Assembly: GCA_049968255.1 (NCBI GenBank)
Contig: JBMFRB010000005.1
Span: 5,822 to 69,821, forward strand
Length of the DNA: 64,000 nucleotides
From: Candidatus Sumerlaeaceae bacterium
Lineage (GTDB): Bacteria > Sumerlaeota > Sumerlaeia > Sumerlaeales > Sumerlaeaceae
Direction: 5' to 3'
A model generated the notes under the pieces. It was not told where the DNA came from, did no database searches, and saw only the letters and a list, made by a program, of their open reading frames with translations. This document shows positions 56,105-64,000 of the stretch, piece after piece. How positions within the stretch are numbered: position 1 is the first letter of the stretch; each line of letters starts with the position of its first letter. Position numbers and translations under genes: made by a program.

Positions 56105-59100
56105 TTATGAATATAGAGTTTTTCTTGTGCTGAGCTCTTTTTGAATCTCCTCAAGTTCGGCAGCTGCGGATTGCGCATCGGCCGGCCGCTCATCGGGATT
56201 TTTGGCAAGACAACGCTGCACAAATTGTGCAACGATCAGGGGCACGTCCGGCACAAGATCGCTGAGAGATGGTGGCGGGACATGGAGGTGCTGAGCAAGA
56301 ACGTTTTCACCAATGAAGGGAGGGCGCCCGGCAAGCATTTCAAAAAGAACGATACCCAACGCGTAAAGGTCGGCCCGGCCATCTGACGCATTGCCCATGA
56401 TCTGTTCGGGTGCCATGTACGAGACCGTTCCCACCACGCAACCTTCGCGCGTGACCTTGGCATCCTCTGCGAGCCGCGCGAGCCCAAAATCTACCATTTT
56501 CACTGCATCGAGGGCACTAGCGATCATAACATTTTCAGGTTTCACGTCGCGGTGGATGATGTGAGCTTGGTGCGCTGCTCCGAGCGCAGAAGCCATCTGC
56601 CACGCATAGCGCAAGGCACGATCGAGCGACAACACTTTCTCGCGCGAAAGAAGGCTGCGCAACGACGGACCATCGACGTACTCCATCGTCAGGAAACACT
56701 CGTTCGGATTCGTGACAACGTCGTAGACAGCCACGATGTGCGGATGCGCAACTTGCGCAATGGCGCAAGCCTCTTGGAGGAGACGTCGCTGAAACTCGGG
56801 GTTGCCAGCAAGATGCGCTGGCAAGACTTTCCATGCCACATAACGGCCAAGGCGCGTATCCAGCGCGAGGTAAACTACACCCATGCCCCCTTGGCCCAGT
56901 TTGCGAACGATTTTGTAGCGCAAAGATTCTTGATCGACTTTTCCGCTAATCGTTGCGGCGAAGGGATCAGCGACACTGCTGCGAGCGGCAACTGCAGCCA
57001 TCTGCGTCTCATCGCGTGACGCAGTGATACGCTCGCGTGTACGCTCCAGTTTCTGCAACACATCGCGATAGCAGTAATCTACTGCGAGAATTTTGCTGTA
57101 CAGTTCCTTGGCTTCCTCGAGGCGCCCCGCGCGTTCGTAAGCGCTGGCAAGGTCGTAAACGAGCTGCAAATTGTCACGCTGGCATTTCCATTGCGGGCCG
57201 AGCGCTTCAAGTAGGCGATCTGCTGCAACCTCGTAAAGCCCTTTTTCGATAAAGCATTCCGCCATCAGCCGCAGCACATCGCGGCGATACTCTGGCACAT
57301 CCTGTATAGACTGAAGTACCTTGATGGCTTCATTGTAGCGCGCTGTCTCGGCATAGATTTTGGCAAGGTCGAAAGCCACGCCTGAGTCGTCGGGTTGCGA
57401 CTGTCGATGCCTCTCCCAATTCTCGACAGAACGTTCGAGTTGTTCGAGTTGCCGGAAAAGATAACCCGCCTGCCGAAACTTGCCAGCTTGTTCGTAAAAC
57501 TCGGCCGCAAGAAGAGTTTCGCCGAGCTGCTCATAAAGCTCGGCTGCACGCAGCGGCTGACGAGCATTCGCATAGCATTTCGCTGCACGCGGGATTTCGC
57601 CCATCTCTTCGTAAAGGAGTGCTGCACGCTCATACTTGCCAACGATCTCATAATGGCGCGCTGCTGTTCGTGTGTCGCCGACGCGCTGGATGTTGCTCGC
57701 TGCGCGCTCGTAATCGCCGAGCTGTCGAAACAGCTCGTAGGCTTGTTCATATTTTCCAGCTTCCTCAAAGAGCTCCGCTGCCCGAACGAGTTCTTGGCCT
57801 TTGGCATACCATTCGGCAGCAAGGAGTTTGCAATCTTTAACTTGATATTTTGTTATTAGCGCCTCATCGGTCGTGATGTAGATCGCAAAATCGAGCGGAT
57901 CGACGTGCAACGTCGTGATCCGCGTGGGCGATTGAAAGACGACGGATCGCCCTTTGCCCACTTTGACAAGTTCAACGATGTGCTCGCCGCAAACGATGAA
58001 GCTATCTTGCGTGCCCGGCAGGATTCCTAAATGCCGTACGGGCTCGGCAGCGTGAGTTTCCGCAACGACATCGAGGGTCTGAGAGCAACAGAAGATAAGA
58101 CGCTGGTCCCCAACGGCAGCACCGAGGATTTTGCTATTTGGCGAGAAGACGAGTTGATGGACGCGGTCTTCGAAATGGCGCGAAGCCAGGGATCTGCCTT
58201 CCGGGGAAAGTATGTACACTGTTCCGCCAAGTGAGCTTACCGCCAGCGTTTCGCTGTCAGGAGCAAACACCGCCTCCCATGCGCTGAAATCCACTTGGAA
58301 CTCCCAGCGAAGGCGCCCGGGCGCATCACACCAAACAACCTGATTCTCACAGCAGTATACGTGCGACAGAGACTTTTCGGTAACGAACGTGATGCCACGG
58401 AACGGTTCTGGCCCTGTATAGGCATGAAGCAATTTCTTCTCTTGATCGAGCAGCACTAATTGAAACTGCCCGACGTTGATGGTTGCGCTGTCGAGAACAG
58501 CGAGAAGAGCATTGCCGTCGGCTGAGAGAGCAACTTCGCGAATGGAAAACTCGCCTTCCGGACGCCACTGCCAAAGCTGCTGAAATTGACGCGATGTGTA
58601 AAAGAGCCGGCCCGATCGCAGCGCCAAAGCTGCCGCCTCCGCCCTTGAGGCAAGCGCAATCGCCACCACGGGCGCCTCGAACTGCCATTGCTGCTTCGAT
58701 TGAAGTTCGACGAGGTCTTCGTAAAGCTGCGCAGCTCTGAGCTCGCAGCCGGCGGCCCGCGTGTACGCAGTCACGGCAAGATCCACCCGCTCGGCTTTTT
58801 CGTAGGCAGCGCCAGCTTTTTCGAACTGTTCGGCCTTTTCGTAGAGCTCGCCAGCGCGAAACCATTCGCCACAGTCTTCGAGCAATTGAGCTGCCTCGGC
58901 ATATAGACCAGTCTGCTCGAAGAGCGAGGCCGCGAGCGCAAGTTGATTGGCACGACGACATTCTTCGGCGGCAGCTTGGAGATCGCCCCGCTTCAAATAC
59001 ACAGACAGCAGCGCGCGCAGGTCGTTGAGCTTTCGCAACAGCTCGATGGCCTTTTGTTCCTGCCCAAGATCGAGATAAAGTGCGGCTGCGCGGCGCAGAT

Positions 59101-59461
59101 CGCCATGGCGCTCGGCCACTTCAGCCGCTTCACATTTTCGGTCGAGCTCGACTAATAAGGCCACCGCGTCAGTTATCGCTCCGTGGTCGAGAAGCACCCG
59201 CAGGGCAGCTTCATTGTCGCCACCGCGGCGGTAGAAGCTCGCGGCGGCTGCCGCGTCCCCTGCTTGGAGAGCGGTGCGCGCTGCATCGCGGTAGGCGCCC
59301 AGTTCGGCGTAGAGTCGCATTGCTTCGAGCAACTGCCCACCCTTCTCCAGGACACGAGCCTGGGCAGAAAGATCTTGCGCCTTCTCAAAAAAGCTAGCTG
59401 CGCGCGCATACTCCTGCCGTTTTTCATAGTAGCGACCAAGTATTTCGTGCAGCCATGTCAT
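56105..59461 (-). CDS. Cytoplasmic Hanks-type Ser/Thr kinase with alpha-solenoid repeats, an inserted beta-propeller and TPRs
   Basis: C-terminal kinase motifs LGQGGMGVVY, VAWK, HRDVKPEN, DFGL, GTVSYMAPE. About 13-aa AAxxYExxG repeats. WD40-like blades (VALSADG, VFAPDS, VFSPNS). No TM helix. Confidence 0.9.
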   Translation of the reverse strand: MTWLHEILGRYYEKRQEYARAASFFEKAQDLSAQARVLEKGGQLLEAMRLYAELGAYRDAARTALQAGDAAAAASFYRRGGDNEAALRVLLDHGAITDAVALLVELDRKCEAAEVAERHGDLRRAAALYLDLGQEQKAIELLRKLNDLRALLSVYLKRGDLQAAAEECRRANQLALAASLFEQTGLYAEAAQLLEDCGEWFRAGELYEKAEQFEKAGAAYEKAERVDLAVTAYTRAAGCELRAAQLYEDLVELQSKQQWQFEAPVVAIALASRAEAAALALRSGRLFYTSRQFQQLWQWRPEGEFSIREVALSADGNALLAVLDSATINVGQFQLVLLDQEKKLLHAYTGPEPFRGITFVTEKSLSHVYCCENQVVWCDAPGRLRWEFQVDFSAWEAVFAPDSETLAVSSLGGTVYILSPEGRSLASRHFEDRVHQLVFSPNSKILGAAVGDQRLIFCCSQTLDVVAETHAAEPVRHLGILPGTQDSFIVCGEHIVELVKVGKGRSVVFQSPTRITTLHVDPLDFAIYITTDEALITKYQVKDCKLLAAEWYAKGQELVRAAELFEEAGKYEQAYELFRQLGDYERAASNIQRVGDTRTAARHYEIVGKYERAALLYEEMGEIPRAAKCYANARQPLRAAELYEQLGETLLAAEFYEQAGKFRQAGYLFRQLEQLERSVENWERHRQSQPDDSGVAFDLAKIYAETARYNEAIKVLQSIQDVPEYRRDVLRLMAECFIEKGLYEVAADRLLEALGPQWKCQRDNLQLVYDLASAYERAGRLEEAKELYSKILAVDYCYRDVLQKLERTRERITASRDETQMAAVAARSSVADPFAATISGKVDQESLRYKIVRKLGQGGMGVVYLALDTRLGRYVAWKVLPAHLAGNPEFQRRLLQEACAIAQVAHPHIVAVYDVVTNPNECFLTMEYVDGPSLRSLLSREKVLSLDRALRYAWQMASALGAAHQAHIIHRDVKPENVMIASALDAVKMVDFGLARLAEDAKVTREGCVVGTVSYMAPEQIMGNASDGRADLYALGIVLFEMLAGRPPFIGENVLAQHLHVPPPSLSDLVPDVPLIVAQFVQRCLAKNPDERPADAQSAAAELEEIQKELSTRKTLYS

Positions 59462-59479
59462 TGCTCGCCCGCCTACCAG

Positions 59480-61468
59480 CTACTCCTTCTTTGCTTGAGA
59501 CTGTTCTGCTTCGAGCCAAGCCCGAAGTCTCGCTTCCGAGAGGGAGAGATTGGAGAAGGCCTGCTGTTCGCTGTAAGAAAGAATTCCAGCCACCTCTTCG
59601 AGTGTAGTTTCTCCGGTCACTGCTTTTAAGAAACCTGCCTCCCGCAGGGAGAGGTATTGCCCACTTCGCAGGGCAATACTGCGTAGTTCGGTTGCATTGA
59701 CATTCTGCAGAATTGCATTGCGAACTGTGGGGTCAAGCGCCAGAACCTCGAAAACACCAACCCGCCCCATGAAACCTACGCCGTTGCAAGCGGGACATCC
59801 TTTACCGTGAAAGAACTCCCAAGCGTCCATATCTGAATCGACAATTTTGAACAAATTAACAAGATTCCGCGACGGTTGATATGGTTGACGGCATTGCGGA
59901 CAGATCTTGCGCACAAGACGCTGCGATATCGAAGCCAGTCCCGTGCTCGAAAGCAAATAGGTGCGCAAGCCCACATCCATGAGGCGCATAATGGCGCCAA
60001 ACGCATCATCGGCATGGATTGTGGTAAAAACTTTGTGTCCGCTGAGTACAGCATGGACGGCCGCCTCGCCCGTTTCTTCATCGCTAATCTCACCGAGCAC
60101 GATCACATCTGGATCCTGGTGCATCATCGCGCGGATATGTTCACGCACGTTTCGCCCTTGCGTCCCCCGAAGCTGGCACTGCGCAATTCCCTCGATGCTA
60201 AACTCGACGGGCTCCTCGACTGTCACAATTTTCACGTCACCGCGGTTGAGATAATTGAGGCACGCATAGAGGGAGGTGGTTTTGCCCGAGCCAGTGGGAC
60301 CGGAGAACATGACGAAGCCAGCGGGCGAATCAAGGAACTTCTTAAACATTTCAAGAACTTTGGGGTTGAGGCCGAGATCGCTCAGGTCCTTGAGGCCGAT
60401 CTCGCGCGTGAGGGTGCGGATCGTAATCGAACAACCAAGCACGGTGGGGAACATCGAGACACGCAAATCAAAGTTGGTATTGTCGAGAGTCACATAAAAG
60501 TGGCCGTCGAACATGTTGCTCGTATCGCTGATGTCCATGCCAGCCAGCACCTTGATTCGCCGAACGATACGCTCGCCAAGGTGCGCCGGCAAATCGGTTT
60601 GGAAGCTGAGTTTGCCGTCAATGCGGTAGCGCACGCGAATCTTGTTGTAGAGCGACTCAATGTGAATGTCGCTGGCGCGCTGTCGGATAGCACTAGAAAT
60701 GATGTAGTCGACAATGTTCACCACCTGGCTCTCGCTGCTGGATGGTGGTTGGAGTGTTGTTTCAGCCAGCGTATAGCGGCGGAAACCGCTGGGGGAAAGC
60801 TCTTCGGTGACTGTGTCGTGCGGAGTGAAAAGATACTGCTCTTGAAGGATTTCGCGCAGGACGCGCCGAATCAGAGATTTGGGCGCAATCGCAAGATCGA
60901 ATTTACCGCCTGTGATTTGCTCGATTTTTTGGACTGCGGCCCGATCCTCAGGATTGTGGATGAGCACCGTTACTACATCGCCATCGCGAAAAAGGGGCAA
61001 AATTGTGTGTTCGCGCAAGACGGTTTCCGGAAACATTTGAAATACTGTCCGATCAACGAGGCGCCGATTGGGAATGATGTAGGGATAATCGAGTTGCCGG
61101 CTGAGCGCCTGCGCCAGTTGTTCTTCAGTAAGCCATCCTTTGGATATGAGAATTTCGCCAATAGGCTGACGACGCATCTGCTGCTCGCGTAGGGCTTCCT
61201 CAAGCTGCTCCTCGGAGACGAGCCCTGACTCGATAAGAATTTGCCCAACAGGAACACGAAGGTTGTACTTGCGCGCGATCTCACGGAGCTGGCGCTTTGT
61301 GATGTAGCCGAGGTCTACCAGGATTTCTCCAAGCCGGCGTTTCTCCAAACCTTCCTGCTGAAGCTGCAGCGCATAGCGCAGTTGGTTCTCGGTGATGAGA
61401 CCCTCCTGGAGAAGCACTTTTCCTAGCGCTTGCGCTTGTTGATCTGCTGTACGTCGGTCCAGAGCCAT
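59480..61468 (-). CDS. PilB/GspE-family secretion ATPase with tandem MshEN (c-di-GMP-binding) motifs
   Basis: Four LGxxLxxxGxI motifs, ASDIHIE, RYRIDG, GPTGSGKTT, QDPDVI..GEI, GH...TTIH, CPQC/CPAC, G.TTLEEV. Confidence 0.92.
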   Translation of the reverse strand: MALDRRTADQQAQALGKVLLQEGLITENQLRYALQLQQEGLEKRRLGEILVDLGYITKRQLREIARKYNLRVPVGQILIESGLVSEEQLEEALREQQMRRQPIGEILISKGWLTEEQLAQALSRQLDYPYIIPNRRLVDRTVFQMFPETVLREHTILPLFRDGDVVTVLIHNPEDRAAVQKIEQITGGKFDLAIAPKSLIRRVLREILQEQYLFTPHDTVTEELSPSGFRRYTLAETTLQPPSSSESQVVNIVDYIISSAIRQRASDIHIESLYNKIRVRYRIDGKLSFQTDLPAHLGERIVRRIKVLAGMDISDTSNMFDGHFYVTLDNTNFDLRVSMFPTVLGCSITIRTLTREIGLKDLSDLGLNPKVLEMFKKFLDSPAGFVMFSGPTGSGKTTSLYACLNYLNRGDVKIVTVEEPVEFSIEGIAQCQLRGTQGRNVREHIRAMMHQDPDVIVLGEISDEETGEAAVHAVLSGHKVFTTIHADDAFGAIMRLMDVGLRTYLLSSTGLASISQRLVRKICPQCRQPYQPSRNLVNLFKIVDSDMDAWEFFHGKGCPACNGVGFMGRVGVFEVLALDPTVRNAILQNVNATELRSIALRSGQYLSLREAGFLKAVTGETTLEEVAGILSYSEQQAFSNLSLSEARLRAWLEAEQSQAKKE

Positions 61469-61608
61469 CGTCTCCGTTTTCCTCAGGACGAAATTCTTTC
61501 TCCACACCGACCAAACACAGACGTCGGTGCCATTGCTTGATTTTTTATGATAGAGCTAATGACCTGGCAAGTCAGAAGGCAGGCAGGGAACATGGCTCGT
61601 CGCCACGT

Positions 61609-63998
<2,390 letters not shown>

Positions 63999-64000
63999 TG

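Noticed and set aside
59876-61192. 438-aa plus-strand ORF, and similar long antisense ORFs at 10506..11345, 43184..43876 and 62116..62904
   Set aside because: Each is antisense to a well-supported gene and has no motifs; such frames are expected in GC-rich coding DNA.

Overview
Gene-dense, GC-rich chromosomal window from a diderm bacterium. The pilin-family tail motif, the C-terminal tail of a secreted protein and the gene content suggest Candidatus Sumerlaeota/BRC1, but this is inference and was not verified. The ORF track misses two things. First, the 5' 762 nt of a type I-E CRISPR large-subunit gene (cas8e/cse1, minus strand) runs off the left edge; it has its own promoter, no cas3 upstream, and lies divergent from pyrH-frr. 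Second, there is a 36-aa membrane microprotein gene at 35998-36108. Housekeeping genes include pyrH, frr, argJ, carA, pta, hflX, pgm, ileS-dksA-lspA, cdaA-cdaR-pdxJ, PNP and ligA. Envelope functions include a pilMNO(P)Q operon, two pilin-like genes sharing a YDPTNGTxSxGD tail, and several glycosylation enzymes (GT2, GT4, two GT-C, and an O-antigen-ligase-like/TPR protein). There is also a satellite microcompartment pair (PduS-like plus PduT-like). Two unexplained modules stand out. One is an uncharacterised envelope operon at 35.5-41.7 kb: two paralogous small proteins, a giant helical-repeat lipoprotein and the microprotein. The other pairs a double-MshEN PilB/GspE ATPase with a solenoid/beta-propeller/Ser-Thr kinase. 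No rRNA, tRNA, CRISPR array or transposase was seen.
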